Below the pieces are notes generated by a model. That model did not search any database and had not been told where the DNA came from. It was given only the letters and a program-made list of their open reading frames with translations. Positions 18,687-28,539 of a stretch of DNA of 64,000 nt are shown here, one piece after another (positions within the stretch are counted from its first letter, which is position 1; the number at the start of each line of letters is the position of its first letter). The DNA is from Candidatus Multivorans sp. (GTDB lineage Bacteria > Acidobacteriota > Thermoanaerobaculia > Multivoradales > Multivoraceae), in contig OZ245033.1 in assembly GCA_965224025.1 (NCBI GenBank), positions 4,000,001-4,064,000 of the forward strand, in the 5' to 3' direction. Both the position numbers and the translations under genes were made by a program.

Positions 18687-20338
18687 CGACCGCCACCGGC
18701 GCCGCCCTGATCGCCCGCAGCCTGAAGCAGCAGGGTGTCGAAACCATGTTCGGCATCGTCGGCTTCCCCGTCTACGGGGTCGCCCACGCCGCGCAACAGG
18801 CCGGCATCCAGTACTTCGGCTTCCGCAACGAGCAGGCGGCCAGCTACGCGGCGGGCGCGGTGGGCTACCTGACCGGCCGCCCCGGGGCCTGCCTCGCCGT
18901 GTCGGGCCCCGGCATGGTGCACGGCATCGCCGGTCTCGCCAACGCGGAGAAGAACTGCTGGCCGATGGTGCTGCTCGGCGGCGCCAACGACCGCTACCAG
19001 AACGGCCAGGGCGCCTTCCAGGAGTGCCCCCAGGTCGAGGCGGCGCGGCCGTTCTCGAAGTACTCGGCGGAAATCGACGCCGCTCACCGGGCGCCCTTCT
19101 ATGTGGAGCAGGCGGTCCGCACCTCGATCTACGGCCGTCCCGGCGCTTCCTACCTGAACCTGACGAACGATGTCCTGACCGCCCAGGTCGACGAGGACGA
19201 CGTGGAGTTTCCACCCCGCTGTCCGGAACCGCCGACCTCTCTCGCCGACCCGCGGGAGGTCGAACGCGCGGTGGCGGTCCTGCGGGAGGCCAAGAACCCG
19301 CTGGTGATCGTCGGCAAGGGCGCCGCCTACGCCCGCGCCGAGAGTGAAGTGCGCCGCTTCGTCCAGCGCACGAACCTGCCCGTGCTGCCGACGCCGATGG
19401 GCAAGGGCGTCGTCTCCGACGACGATCCCCACGTGGTCGCCCCGGCGCGCTCCTTCGCGCTCCAGAACGCCGACGTGATCCTGCTGATCGGCGCCCGTCT
19501 GAACTGGATCCTCCACTTCGGGCTGCCGCCGCGGTTCAAGAAGGGCGTCCGGGTGCTGCAGATCGACCTCAATGCGGAGGAGATCGGTACCAACGTTCCG
19601 ACCGAAGTCGGCATGGTCGGCGACGCGCGGGCGGTGACCGCGCAGTTGAACGAGGCGCTCGACGCGGAGCCCTTCACACTCTCGGCCGACAACGAGTGGC
19701 TGGCGAGCCTGCGCGAGAGCGCGACCCAGAACCAGGCCGCGGTTCAGGCGATGCTCGACGACGACAGCGAGCCGATGGGCTACTACCGCGCCCTGCGCGA
19801 GATCGCCGACCGCCTCGAACCGCAGGACATGCTGATCGCCGAAGGCGCGAACACCATGGACATCTCGCGCACCGTGCTGCCGAACATGGAACCGCGCAAG
19901 CGGCTCGACGCCGGCACCTTCGGCACCATGGGCGTCGGCACGGGGCTGGCGATCGCGGCGGCCGTGGTCCACCCGGACCGGCGCACGATCTGCGTCCAGG
20001 GCGACTCGGCGTTCGGCTTCTCCGGCATGGAGGTCGAGGTCGCGTGCCGGTACAACATGCCCATCACCTTCGTCGTCATCAACAACAACGGCATCGGCGG
20101 CGGCGTCAGTGAGTACATTCCGGGCAAGCCGCTGCCGACCTCCACCTACACACTTGGCGCCCGCTACGAGCGCGTGATCGAGGCCTTCGGCGGCAAGGGC
20201 TATCTGGTCGAGAAGGTGGCCGACCTCGGCCCGACCCTTGATGCGGCGCTCGTCTCCGACCGGCCGGCGCTGGTCAACGTGCTGATCGACCCGAAGGCGC
20301 AGCGGAAGCCGCAGAAGTTCGCTTGGCTCACCCGCTAG
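18683..20338 (+). CDS. ThDP-dependent 2-hydroxyacyl-CoA lyase / oxalyl-CoA decarboxylase-family enzyme
   Basis: RNEQAASYAA, VSGPG, AFQE, GDSAFGFSGME...NNNG; C-terminus RKPQKFAWLTR is HACL-like. Confidence 0.9.
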   Translation: MTTATGAALIARSLKQQGVETMFGIVGFPVYGVAHAAQQAGIQYFGFRNEQAASYAAGAVGYLTGRPGACLAVSGPGMVHGIAGLANAEKNCWPMVLLGGANDRYQNGQGAFQECPQVEAARPFSKYSAEIDAAHRAPFYVEQAVRTSIYGRPGASYLNLTNDVLTAQVDEDDVEFPPRCPEPPTSLADPREVERAVAVLREAKNPLVIVGKGAAYARAESEVRRFVQRTNLPVLPTPMGKGVVSDDDPHVVAPARSFALQNADVILLIGARLNWILHFGLPPRFKKGVRVLQIDLNAEEIGTNVPTEVGMVGDARAVTAQLNEALDAEPFTLSADNEWLASLRESATQNQAAVQAMLDDDSEPMGYYRALREIADRLEPQDMLIAEGANTMDISRTVLPNMEPRKRLDAGTFGTMGVGTGLAIAAAVVHPDRRTICVQGDSAFGFSGMEVEVACRYNMPITFVVINNNGIGGGVSEYIPGKPLPTSTYTLGARYERVIEAFGGKGYLVEKVADLGPTLDAALVSDRPALVNVLIDPKAQRKPQKFAWLTR

Positions 20339-20384
20339 AGCCCAGGTGTCCGACATCGGCTTCAGGCGGCAGCCGCGGCATCGA

Positions 20385-20407
20385 ATGCGGGCAGGATGCC
20401 CGCGTTC
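20385..20407. repeat. REP-like palindrome copy
   Basis: ATGCGGGCAGGATGCCCGCGTTC. Confidence 0.75.
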
Positions 20408-20409
20408 GG

Positions 20410-20654
20410 CCTGGAACGAACTCGACGGTCCGTTCTGGCAGGGGATCCGCGACGCCGGCTTCCCGCGCGAACAGGTCGACCTGGTGGTCTGCACCCACCT
20501 GCACATCGACCACGAGGCCGCGATCGCCGCGCGCCGCGGCTTCTGCGGGCGCTTCGGCGACACCGGCATTACCGTCGCCGGCACCCACTGGGCCGCGCCG
20601 ACCGGAGTCCTTCTCACGGCACACGGCGACGTTTGGAAGACGCAGGTCGATTGA
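20410..20654 (+). pseudogene. Metallo-beta-lactamase-fold hydrolase remnant
   Basis: VDLVVCTHLHIDH joined directly to the C-terminal 'AGTHWAAP' segment. Confidence 0.65.
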
Positions 20655-20750
20655 GCCGGCTCGCCGGGCCACGCCAAGCTGGTCCTGGTCGATGAGGCTG
20701 GCCACGAACCGGAGCGCCACCGGCCCACTCCGCTACACTCCGCGACCGTC

Positions 20751-21233
20751 ATGACCGTCGCCAGGAAGCTGTTCGCCCTGCCTGCAGTCGCCGCAGTGGC
20801 CCTGTCGCTTGGGTCCTGCGGCAGCGAGGAAACCGAACCGCCTTTCCGCGAGGTCGCGGGCGTTCGGCTGCTGATGGCCTCGATGATCGAGCCGGCGGCC
20901 GATCACATCTGGGCCTCGGCCGGCACGATCATCACCGCCGAGGAGACGATCGAAATCCAGCCCGAGACGGACGAGGACTGGATCCTCGTCCGGAACGCGA
21001 CGGTCGCAGTCGCAGAAGCCGGCAATCTGCTGATGATGGAACGGCGCAGGATGGACGACGGCGACTGGCTCGCCTGGTGCCGGCAGATGATCGATGCCGG
21101 CGACGCCGCGATGCAGGCGGCCGACGCCCGGGACGTCCAGGGCATCTTCGATATCGGTGAGCAGATCTACTTCTCCTGCACCGGCTGTCACGCGCAGTAC
21201 TGGACCAACGATCCGAATCAGTTCCGCCAGTAG
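20751..21233 (+). CDS. Lipoprotein cytochrome c'-like protein
   Basis: Lipobox LGSC; C-terminal CTGCH. Confidence 0.75.
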   Translation: MTVARKLFALPAVAAVALSLGSCGSEETEPPFREVAGVRLLMASMIEPAADHIWASAGTIITAEETIEIQPETDEDWILVRNATVAVAEAGNLLMMERRRMDDGDWLAWCRQMIDAGDAAMQAADARDVQGIFDIGEQIYFSCTGCHAQYWTNDPNQFRQ

Positions 21234-21359
21234 GCGTCTCCGCTTGCGGCGGCGGCGATCAGGGAAGGCGCTCTCGGCCGGATGCCGGCCAGAAGGCCGG
21301 CCCACCCGGACTTGCGGCTTCGGCACGAACCAGGGGGCCTGCCGGCCAGAGGACGCTTC

Positions 21360-22919
21360 GTGTTGCGTCGCACGCTGATCGTCCTCCACCGCTGGCTGGG
21401 CATCGCCGGCAACCTGCTCTTCGTGGTCTGGTTCGCCTCGGCGCTGGTCATGATGTACGCGCGGATGCCGACGCTCGACCCCGGCGATCGCCTTGGCCGT
21501 CTGCCGCCACTCGATCTGGAGGCGGTCCGCGTAGATCCGGCGCAGGCCGCGGTAGCCGCCGGCCTGGATGCCGGCGGCCAGGAGGCGCTCCAGGTCCGCC
21601 TCGGCATGGCCGGCGACCGGCCGATCTACCGGCTGCGCACCGTGGCCGGCTGGACCGCGGTCTACGCGGACACCGGCAGTCCGATGCTGCAGCTCTCGGA
21701 GGCTCAGGCGGCGGCGGTAGCAGCGCAGTTCGTTCGGCCACCGAACGGCCAGACCACGCCGCACCCACTCCGCTACGACCGACTGCTGCCCCGCCCCGAC
21801 CAGTGGACCCTGGAACTTCCCTCCCTGTTCCCCCTCCACCGCATTCGCACCGCCAGCAATGTGCTCTACGTCTCGGATCGCACCGCCGAGGTGGTCATGG
21901 AGACGACCGCGACATCACGGTTCTGGGGCACCAGCGGCGCGGTGTTCCACTGGCTCTACTTCACGCCGCTCCGTTCACACTCCACGCTCTGGTACCAGTT
22001 GGTCGTCTGGGCATCCGCTGCCGGCTGCGTGCTGACCCTGTCCGGGCTTGCCGTCGGCGTGATCCGCCTGAACCGGCGGAAGCGCTCGCCGTACTCGGGC
22101 ATCATGCGCTGGCACCACTACAGCGGCCTCGTCTTCGGCGCCGCGGCCTTCACCTGGGTGCTGAGCGGCGCGTTGTCGATGGATCCCTTCGGCTGGCACG
22201 CCGGGAGAACGACCAGCCAGGGCCAGCACGCCGCGGTCGCGGGCGGTGGACTGCGGCTCGACGGTTTCGACCTCGTCTCGATCCGGACCGCCCTGGAGTC
22301 GATCTCCGAGTCCTTCCCGGCCCGCGAGGTCGAGTTCCTGACGTTCGACGGCGAACCCCTGTTCCTGGCGTACCGCCCGCCGACCTCATCCGGTGACGAT
22401 CGCTACCGTGGCGCCTCCTGCGCCGGTGGTCCCTCCGAGTTCCAGGCCGCCGTACAGCCCTTCGAACACCGGCTGGTTGCGCTCGGAAGCGGAGAGACGC
22501 GCCGCTTCGAGCGCGACGAACTCCTGACCGCAGCCATCGCGGCCATGCCCGGCGCAGAGGTCGTCGATGCTGCCGAACTAACGAAGTACGACGTCTACTA
22601 CGGCAACCGCAGATATCGCCGTGCGCCGCTTCCGGTGCTGCGGGTTCGTTTCGACGATACGGACCGGACCTGGCTCTATCTCGACCCGGCGTTAGGCCGT
22701 ATCGTCCACCGCGAACAGCGCCGGAGCCGCGTCGACCGCTGGCTGTACCGCGGCCTGCACCGCCTCGACTTTCCGGGCTTCTACCACCGCCGCCCGCTGT
22801 GGGACGTCGTCGTCATCGTTCTGCTGCTGGGCGGCCTGTTCTCCGCGGCCTCTTCCTTCGTCCCGGCGGCAAAACGCCTCAGGCGGCACGCGGCGCGCCT
22901 GAGGCGCAAGACGGACTGA
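21360..22919 (+). CDS. PepSY-associated TM-helix protein
   Basis: LHRWLG, FHWLYFTPLR, RWHHYSGL, GLHRLDF. Confidence 0.85.
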   Translation: MLRRTLIVLHRWLGIAGNLLFVVWFASALVMMYARMPTLDPGDRLGRLPPLDLEAVRVDPAQAAVAAGLDAGGQEALQVRLGMAGDRPIYRLRTVAGWTAVYADTGSPMLQLSEAQAAAVAAQFVRPPNGQTTPHPLRYDRLLPRPDQWTLELPSLFPLHRIRTASNVLYVSDRTAEVVMETTATSRFWGTSGAVFHWLYFTPLRSHSTLWYQLVVWASAAGCVLTLSGLAVGVIRLNRRKRSPYSGIMRWHHYSGLVFGAAAFTWVLSGALSMDPFGWHAGRTTSQGQHAAVAGGGLRLDGFDLVSIRTALESISESFPAREVEFLTFDGEPLFLAYRPPTSSGDDRYRGASCAGGPSEFQAAVQPFEHRLVALGSGETRRFERDELLTAAIAAMPGAEVVDAAELTKYDVYYGNRRYRRAPLPVLRVRFDDTDRTWLYLDPALGRIVHREQRRSRVDRWLYRGLHRLDFPGFYHRRPLWDVVVIVLLLGGLFSAASSFVPAAKRLRRHAARLRRKTD

Positions 22920-23021
22920 CGGAGCGCAGAGCCGAACCCCGGCGAAGCAAGCATCTCTCGCGACTCCAGAGACCGGCGCTGCGCGCCGGATGCCGGCGAG
23001 GACGCCGGCGCACCCAGTCAG

Positions 23022-23462
23022 CTACCCGGGCGGCTCGGTCGGGTCGCGACCGTCGCGCGGCGCGCCGGTACCCGAGGAACCCATGAAGATCTTGCTCCCG
23101 TCCTCGAAGGTCACGTCGCGGCCGTTCGCACGCCGGGAGCGGTCCTTGCTCTGGTAACCGTCGACGACGATCACCGTTCCCGGCTGCAAGTCGTCGCGGG
23201 AGAGACCGCGGCGGAGCAGGGTGTTGGGCGTACCGCCCTCCACCATCCAGACGTGCTTGCTGCCGTCTTCCTCGGTGTGCTCCACATGAATCCAGGTGTG
23301 CGGATTGACCCACTCGACCTTGACGACCGGGCCCTTCAGCAACAGCGGACGGTTGGGATCGAACTCGGCGCCGAAGGCATGGTGCGCTACCAAGGGCACC
23401 GTCACCGCGATTGCCGCGACGACAAAGCCGATCCCCGTGATGATGATGGCTCGCTTACTCAT
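23022..23462 (-). CDS. DUF6152-like secreted protein
   Basis: AHHAFGAEFD, VEWVNPH, WMVEGG. Confidence 0.8.
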   Translation of the reverse strand: MSKRAIIITGIGFVVAAIAVTVPLVAHHAFGAEFDPNRPLLLKGPVVKVEWVNPHTWIHVEHTEEDGSKHVWMVEGGTPNTLLRRGLSRDDLQPGTVIVVDGYQSKDRSRRANGRDVTFEDGSKIFMGSSGTGAPRDGRDPTEPPG

Positions 23463-23559
23463 GGACGTCTCTCACTCCTCTGTTTGTGTCAGTGGGTTTG
23501 TCCTTCGCTCCAGACTTGGGCTGTCCGTGAACCGACTTTAGCAGGATCCGCTACGCGGA

Positions 23560-24660
23560 CTACTCTCCGGAACCGCCCGAACCGGCGGCCTTGGCCGCCG
23601 CATCTTCTTCCAGCAGCCGGGCGCCGCGCATGATGTTGCCGAGCGCGTAGTTGCCCTCGTGGCAGGCGTACTCGTAGAGCAGCGTGTCCGTGCGCGGCCA
23701 GACGTATTCGCCGCTCCACGACTCGGTCCACACGTTCGGGTCCTCGACCGTGAACTGGTAGAGCACGTGATCCTCGCCGATCGGCGAGAAGCGCTCGACC
23801 GTGTGCAGATCCCGAGTCGCCGAGCGCAACGCCACCCGATCGCTGAAGTTCTTCGTGTCGATGACGAGCGTGTCACCGTCCCACCAGCCGATCGAGTCGC
23901 CCAACCACCGCCGCTCCGTCGCCGGCAGATGCTCGCCGCCAATGCGCACGATGCGTGCGTCGTGGACCATTTCGACCAGGATCATCACATGATTCTCGGT
24001 CTGCACGATCCTCTTCAGGTTGTTGTACAACGCCGGCAGCATCGGCGGTCCCGCCGTGGAGCTGAAACCGAGCAGGCAGCGCTCCGCAAGCGGCCGCAGC
24101 TCCGGATCATCGTAGGGACCCGGCCCCTCGCGCTCGAGCCACCATGCCTCACCGGTGTTGGCCCGGAAGAAGCCTCTGCGAGAGGCGAAGCGCTCCCGGA
24201 CAGCCTCGGTCACCGGCGGAAAGCGCCCGTTCTTCGGGTGCGTGATGATCGAGGTCCGGAACTTGCCGTCCACCTCGAACACGTCGGTGCCGTTGTCGAT
24301 CCAGAACGAGTTGTAGCCGCCCACGTTGCCAGCCGCGCCGGGTGAACCGTCGCCGCCGTCGGGAGGCGCCTCGCGGTCCGGATCGCTGGCCTGAGACGTC
24401 GCCGCGCGGCGCAGCGCGGCCTGCTTCACCCTCCGCTCGGCCTCCTCGCGGCTCATGAACAACTCGTCGCCGAGCGCCGCCGGCCGCACCAGCGGCGTCA
24501 GCGTGGCGACATCGTAGTGACCCGAGAAGTCGGGGCGCCCGGAGGCGGTGCGGGGAAGGTCCTCGTCGCCGGCGGCCAGCATGGGCGCGGCGATTCCAAC
24601 CAGCGCGACCAGGGCCAGAGCTGCCTTCCGTTGGGGTTCACGCCGTCCGGGTTCACGCAT
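23560..24660 (-). CDS. Secreted hypothetical protein ('PRTxxGxPD...EYACHEGNY' family)
   Basis: Signal peptide; GDSIGWWDGDTLVIDT; LYEYACHEGNY. Confidence 0.8.
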   Translation of the reverse strand: MREPGRREPQRKAALALVALVGIAAPMLAAGDEDLPRTASGRPDFSGHYDVATLTPLVRPAALGDELFMSREEAERRVKQAALRRAATSQASDPDREAPPDGGDGSPGAAGNVGGYNSFWIDNGTDVFEVDGKFRTSIITHPKNGRFPPVTEAVRERFASRRGFFRANTGEAWWLEREGPGPYDDPELRPLAERCLLGFSSTAGPPMLPALYNNLKRIVQTENHVMILVEMVHDARIVRIGGEHLPATERRWLGDSIGWWDGDTLVIDTKNFSDRVALRSATRDLHTVERFSPIGEDHVLYQFTVEDPNVWTESWSGEYVWPRTDTLLYEYACHEGNYALGNIMRGARLLEEDAAAKAAGSGGSGE

Positions 24661-24736
24661 AGTGCTTCTCGCTTCGGTGTGCGTTCCGGCGGGACCGCCA
24701 GGGCCTCAGCCCGAACCGCCTGAGCCGCCTCAGTCG

Positions 24737-25732
24737 TTAGTCGACCAGCTTCATCCGCGGCAGCGGGTTGCGCCGGTACTCGCCGTACATCAGTTCTTCA
24801 ACGAACTCGACGCAGCGGAAGTCCATCAGACGGGCGTTCGGCTCCATCCGCCGGTAGAGCGGCATCTCGATCGTCCACGGCTCCGTGTACGTCATCGGGT
24901 CGGTGAGGGTTGCCTCGTAGTGCATGTGGTTCGGACCGGCCAGCGTGTAGCGCTCCTCCACCTGCAACTGGTTGCTGTAGTGGTTGCCCGAACGGTCGAG
25001 CCAACCGCCGCACCCGGGCATGTCGCCCTCGCGCATCGCACAGTCCTTCGCCAGCAGCCCGCTCACGTCCACGACCAGGGTGTCGCCCTCCCAGCGGCCG
25101 TAGGACGTGCCCATCCAACTGTCGACCTGGGAAGGCTTCGGGTCCTCCATGTAGATGTCGCGGACCGCACCGGCGTACTGGTAGGCGATGAAGACCGCGT
25201 TCTCGCTGTGGAAGAGCTGCAACGGCTGCGGCATGTACGTGGCACGCGGCACGCCCGGCAGGTAGCAGAAGACCTCCTGGTCGCGAGTGGACCAGTTCGC
25301 CATGTTGTCGTTTCTCTTTGCGAGCGCTTCGTCCGTGTACGGGATCTTCCCGCCGCCCTTGATCACGCCCATGCCCGGGGGCACCGAGCCGACCGCGCCG
25401 AAGTTGAGGACCTCAGCCGCGGGGATCGGACCGTGCGGACCCTCGCGCAACTGCATCGCGGCGCGCGCCATGTGCAGTTCCAGGTCGTAGTTGGCCGCGT
25501 TCAGGGCCTGCCAGATGCCGTTCAGATCCGGGTGACCGTCCGACAGCCGTTCCGGGTCGAAGTCTTGAGCCGCGAGCGGCGCCACCGCCACGGCGAGGAC
25601 CGCGACCGCAGCCACGGCAGTTGCCATCCGAGCGCCCGCTGGCGGGTGCTCGGACTGCTTCACGAGTGGCGCAGGAGGCGCCACGCGGGTTCGAGAAAAC
25701 ACGCTGGTTCCGAGTTTCATGACGTTGGCCAC
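24737..25732 (-). CDS. Secreted hypothetical protein, same superfamily (start uncertain)
   Basis: DGHPDLNGIW, CYLPGVPR, GRWEGDTLVVD, LMDFRC. Confidence 0.78.
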   Translation of the reverse strand: MANVMKLGTSVFSRTRVAPPAPLVKQSEHPPAGARMATAVAAVAVLAVAVAPLAAQDFDPERLSDGHPDLNGIWQALNAANYDLELHMARAAMQLREGPHGPIPAAEVLNFGAVGSVPPGMGVIKGGGKIPYTDEALAKRNDNMANWSTRDQEVFCYLPGVPRATYMPQPLQLFHSENAVFIAYQYAGAVRDIYMEDPKPSQVDSWMGTSYGRWEGDTLVVDVSGLLAKDCAMREGDMPGCGGWLDRSGNHYSNQLQVEERYTLAGPNHMHYEATLTDPMTYTEPWTIEMPLYRRMEPNARLMDFRCVEFVEELMYGEYRRNPLPRMKLVD

Positions 25733-25860
25733 ACTCCTCTTCGGCGAAACGCCGAGTTGTCTGAGCGGAATGCGCGAACCCTGTCAGCTTCGGCCCATGG
25801 GGTCAACCCCGAAGCCGGTCCTCTTGTGCAGCGTCGCGGGAAGCCCCGAAGTTGGCGCTC

Positions 25861-26379
25861 TCAGAAGGCTCGAGCTCGCCGCTTCGCGGCATCGAGCCAC
25901 CAAGCGGTGCCCGTGTTCTCGTAGCCGAACGGAGGCAGCGTTTCGAAGCGCGCCCGCCCCGCCTCGGTTCGGAGCGGGAAGCGTCCGTTCGGTGGATCCG
26001 TGAGCACTGAAGTGCGGTACTTGCCGTCGACCTTGAAGGCAGCCGTGCCCCGGTCGAGCCAGAAGGCGTTGTAGGCGCCGACGCCCCGGTATCCCTCTTC
26101 CGCGCGGCTGGCGATCACGCCCCGGTCGGGTTCGCGGACTTCCTGATCGCGGGCGTTGGACGCAGCCAATCCATCCGCGATCGCCTGTGCCTCCTCGTCG
26201 GTCAGGTACAGCCGGTCGCCGAACCTCGGATCCCGCTCCAGCGGCGTGAGGGATGAAACGTCGTAGTTGCCGGAGAAATCGGTCCTGCCGCTCGGGGTAC
26301 GCGGAATGTCGTCCGCGGCGAGACACGGCACGAGGAGCAGGCTCGCCGCTGCACAAAGAGAGAGGGCCCGGGTCTTCAT
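25861..26379 (-). pseudogene. 3'-truncated paralog of 23560-24660
   Basis: PRTPSGRTDFSGNYD...YNAFWLD...RTSVLTDP; stops after the 'AWW' motif. Confidence 0.7.
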
Positions 26380-26434
26380 TCTCGACCTCCTGGAAGACGC
26401 TGTCTGTGGACTGGTCGAGCCTAGCAGCGAGCAC

Positions 26435-26668
26435 TCACTGAATGCGGCGATCCCTCGCGAGCCAAAGCACGCCGGAACACAACGCACCGCCAAGGAAGCC
26501 CAGGATCGCCAGCACCGGCGGCCAGATGTCGACCAGCGACGCGAACGGCAAGGCGCCGGGCGCAACATTGTCGGTGACCTCAATGAGTGCACCCACGAGT
26601 ACACCAGCGGCTGCCCAAGTAAGGGGCACCCGGATCGGGAGCGGAATCCGTTGCATCCATCTCTTCAT
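26435..26668 (-). CDS. Small two-TM membrane protein
   Basis: GGAGG RBS; two hydrophobic segments; third gene of the padR operon. Confidence 0.6.
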   Translation of the reverse strand: MKRWMQRIPLPIRVPLTWAAAGVLVGALIEVTDNVAPGALPFASLVDIWPPVLAILGFLGGALCSGVLWLARDRRIQ

Positions 26669-26683
26669 GACGACCTCCAGGCC

Positions 26684-28063
26684 TCACTTGAAACCGAACA
26701 GGGGCGGAAAGACCACGACAACGAAGGCCGCCCACGCGGCGTAGACAGGCAGGTAGGCGGTCTGCCAGCGCACAAGCGCCGAAAACGGGCCGCGGCCGGC
26801 CAGGAAGCGGCCGTACAGCCAGGCCGACCACGTCAGGTTGACCAGCAGAACGAGGTTCTCGCCCAGCGCCGCCAACTTGTTCGGACTGACGCCGAACTCG
26901 GTGATCCGCCCGGCGATGGCGGCCAGCGCTACGATGTCGACCACCAGCGCGCAGACGACCAGCAGAAGCCGCAGCCCGTCGAAGAGGCCCGGCGGGGCCT
27001 GCGGGTCGCGCGCCGAGACCGAATAGAGCAGCAGACCGAGCACGACCACCAGGAGCAGATCGAACGCGATCAGCACCTCCCTCTCCATGTCGATTCCGCT
27101 GCGCGTCCAGATCATCGTGCCGAGGAAGGCGAGCAGCACCGCGGCGAACAGCGGCGTGAACAGGCGCGTCAGCACGGGCGCCATGTTCTCGATGACGCCC
27201 TGCTTGGCTTCCACGAGCCAGGCGCCGACGATGACGGCCCCCATGGCGCCGCTCGGGAGCATCCACAGGGCAATGAAGCTCCCCGCGTCCAAACCGATGG
27301 CGGCGAACGTGAGGCCGGTGAAACCCATCAGTACGCCGCCGCCGAGCGCCAAGAGCACGTAGTAGATGAACAGTTCGCCGGAGAAGCGTACGAAGTCCAT
27401 CCGACCGCTGCCGTCGCGCCAGCGCCCTCCGGTGTAGGCGATGCCCACGACCAGCCAAAGCGCGATCGGCAGGTGGAGCGCCGCGAGCGTCGTCGTGTGA
27501 CCGGGCGGCGCGGACGGGAAGACGTTGATGGCCAGCGCACCGGCGGCAAACGCCAGTGCCAGCCTCACGCAAGCCGCTCGGTTCAGCCGGCGCTTCCACG
27601 CGAAGTAGCCGGCGAGGAACGGCAGCACGAAGAAACTGACATTGGGAAAGTACAGGAGATGGGTGTCGAAGAAGCCGGCTCCCGACCCGATCCGCGGATA
27701 GCCGAACAGCTCGGGCAGCTTGATCGCCGCCGCCGCGGCGAATGCCAGCGCGATGGCCACGAGGGTCTCTCGCGAGGCGCTGCGGTCCGCCCCGTCCGTC
27801 GCCGCGGGCATCACGAGCTGCTTCCAGAGCCGCTCCGAATGCTCACGCGCGAACTCCCGCGACACCGCGTCGAGGTTGCCCATCCGCTTTACGGCCACCA
27901 GGAACGCCTCGTCCGCGGCAAGACCGTTGGCGCGGAGCGCCGCGACCACGTCGCGAAGGTGGCCCTCGAGCTCCTCCACGTCCGAATCGCCGATCGCCGG
28001 ACGCCGTCGCAGCCAGTTCCGCCACTGGGCGATCTGCGCTTCGAGCGCCTCGTCGTGCGTCAC
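26684..28063 (-). CDS. Permease-prefix-domain multi-pass membrane protein
   Basis: 'DVEELEGHLRD...DEAFLVAVKRMG' N-terminal domain followed by many TM helices; GTGA overlap with padR. Confidence 0.85.
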   Translation of the reverse strand: MTHDEALEAQIAQWRNWLRRRPAIGDSDVEELEGHLRDVVAALRANGLAADEAFLVAVKRMGNLDAVSREFAREHSERLWKQLVMPAATDGADRSASRETLVAIALAFAAAAAIKLPELFGYPRIGSGAGFFDTHLLYFPNVSFFVLPFLAGYFAWKRRLNRAACVRLALAFAAGALAINVFPSAPPGHTTTLAALHLPIALWLVVGIAYTGGRWRDGSGRMDFVRFSGELFIYYVLLALGGGVLMGFTGLTFAAIGLDAGSFIALWMLPSGAMGAVIVGAWLVEAKQGVIENMAPVLTRLFTPLFAAVLLAFLGTMIWTRSGIDMEREVLIAFDLLLVVVLGLLLYSVSARDPQAPPGLFDGLRLLLVVCALVVDIVALAAIAGRITEFGVSPNKLAALGENLVLLVNLTWSAWLYGRFLAGRGPFSALVRWQTAYLPVYAAWAAFVVVVFPPLFGFK

Positions 28064-28452
28064 CACGCCGGCGCGAGCCCCCATCGCGGCGACGCTCGTC
28101 CAGCATTGACCGCCGTCGAAGACATCCTCCAGATTCCGCGCAGCGTGGCGTCCACCACCTGCCATTGCCGCTGCTGGGTCTTCAGGCGCGCCCGTCCCGC
28201 CTTCGTGATGCTGTAGTACCGGCGCCGCCGGCCGCTCTCCGCGGTCGCCCAACGCGCCTCGACATAGCCGAGACGCTCGAGACGGTGAAGGACCGGATAG
28301 AGCATGCCGTCCGTCCACCTGAGCTGGCCGTCCGACAACTCGCCGACCCGCTTGATGATCGCGTAGCCGTAGCTGTCGCCCTCAACCAGGATCGCCAGGA
28401 CGAGCGGCGCGGCCGAGGCGGCTACCAGGTCCTTGCTGATGTTCATCTTCAT
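28060..28452 (-). CDS. PadR-family transcriptional regulator
   Basis: SYGYAIIKRV, GMLYPVLHRLE, RRRYYSIT. Confidence 0.9.
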   Translation of the reverse strand: MKMNISKDLVAASAAPLVLAILVEGDSYGYAIIKRVGELSDGQLRWTDGMLYPVLHRLERLGYVEARWATAESGRRRRYYSITKAGRARLKTQQRQWQVVDATLRGIWRMSSTAVNAGRASPRWGLAPAW

Positions 28453-28487
28453 CCTCTGCGTTGACCGGAACGCGACCACGAGACCAA

Positions 28488-28521
28488 TACATAGCACAAC
28501 AATGCATACCTGTGCAATGTA
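28488..28521. promoter_or_regulatory. Putative PadR operator
   Basis: Inverted repeat TACATAGCACA-N12-TGTGCAATGTA (1 mismatch), AT-rich, just upstream of padR. Confidence 0.6.
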
Positions 28522-28539
28522 GCGGAGGGCAAGGGAGCC

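Noticed and set aside
18683-20338. Gene symbols oxc/frc
   Set aside because: Family membership is clear but the sequence looks HACL-like, so substrate-specific symbols are not justified.
18269-20752. Long antisense or alternate-frame ORFs (also 3102-4601, 26267-28216, 30559-32451, 34425-36410, 54348-56399)
   Set aside because: They overlap well-supported genes and are Arg/Pro/Gly-rich, as expected for stop-poor high-GC shadow frames.
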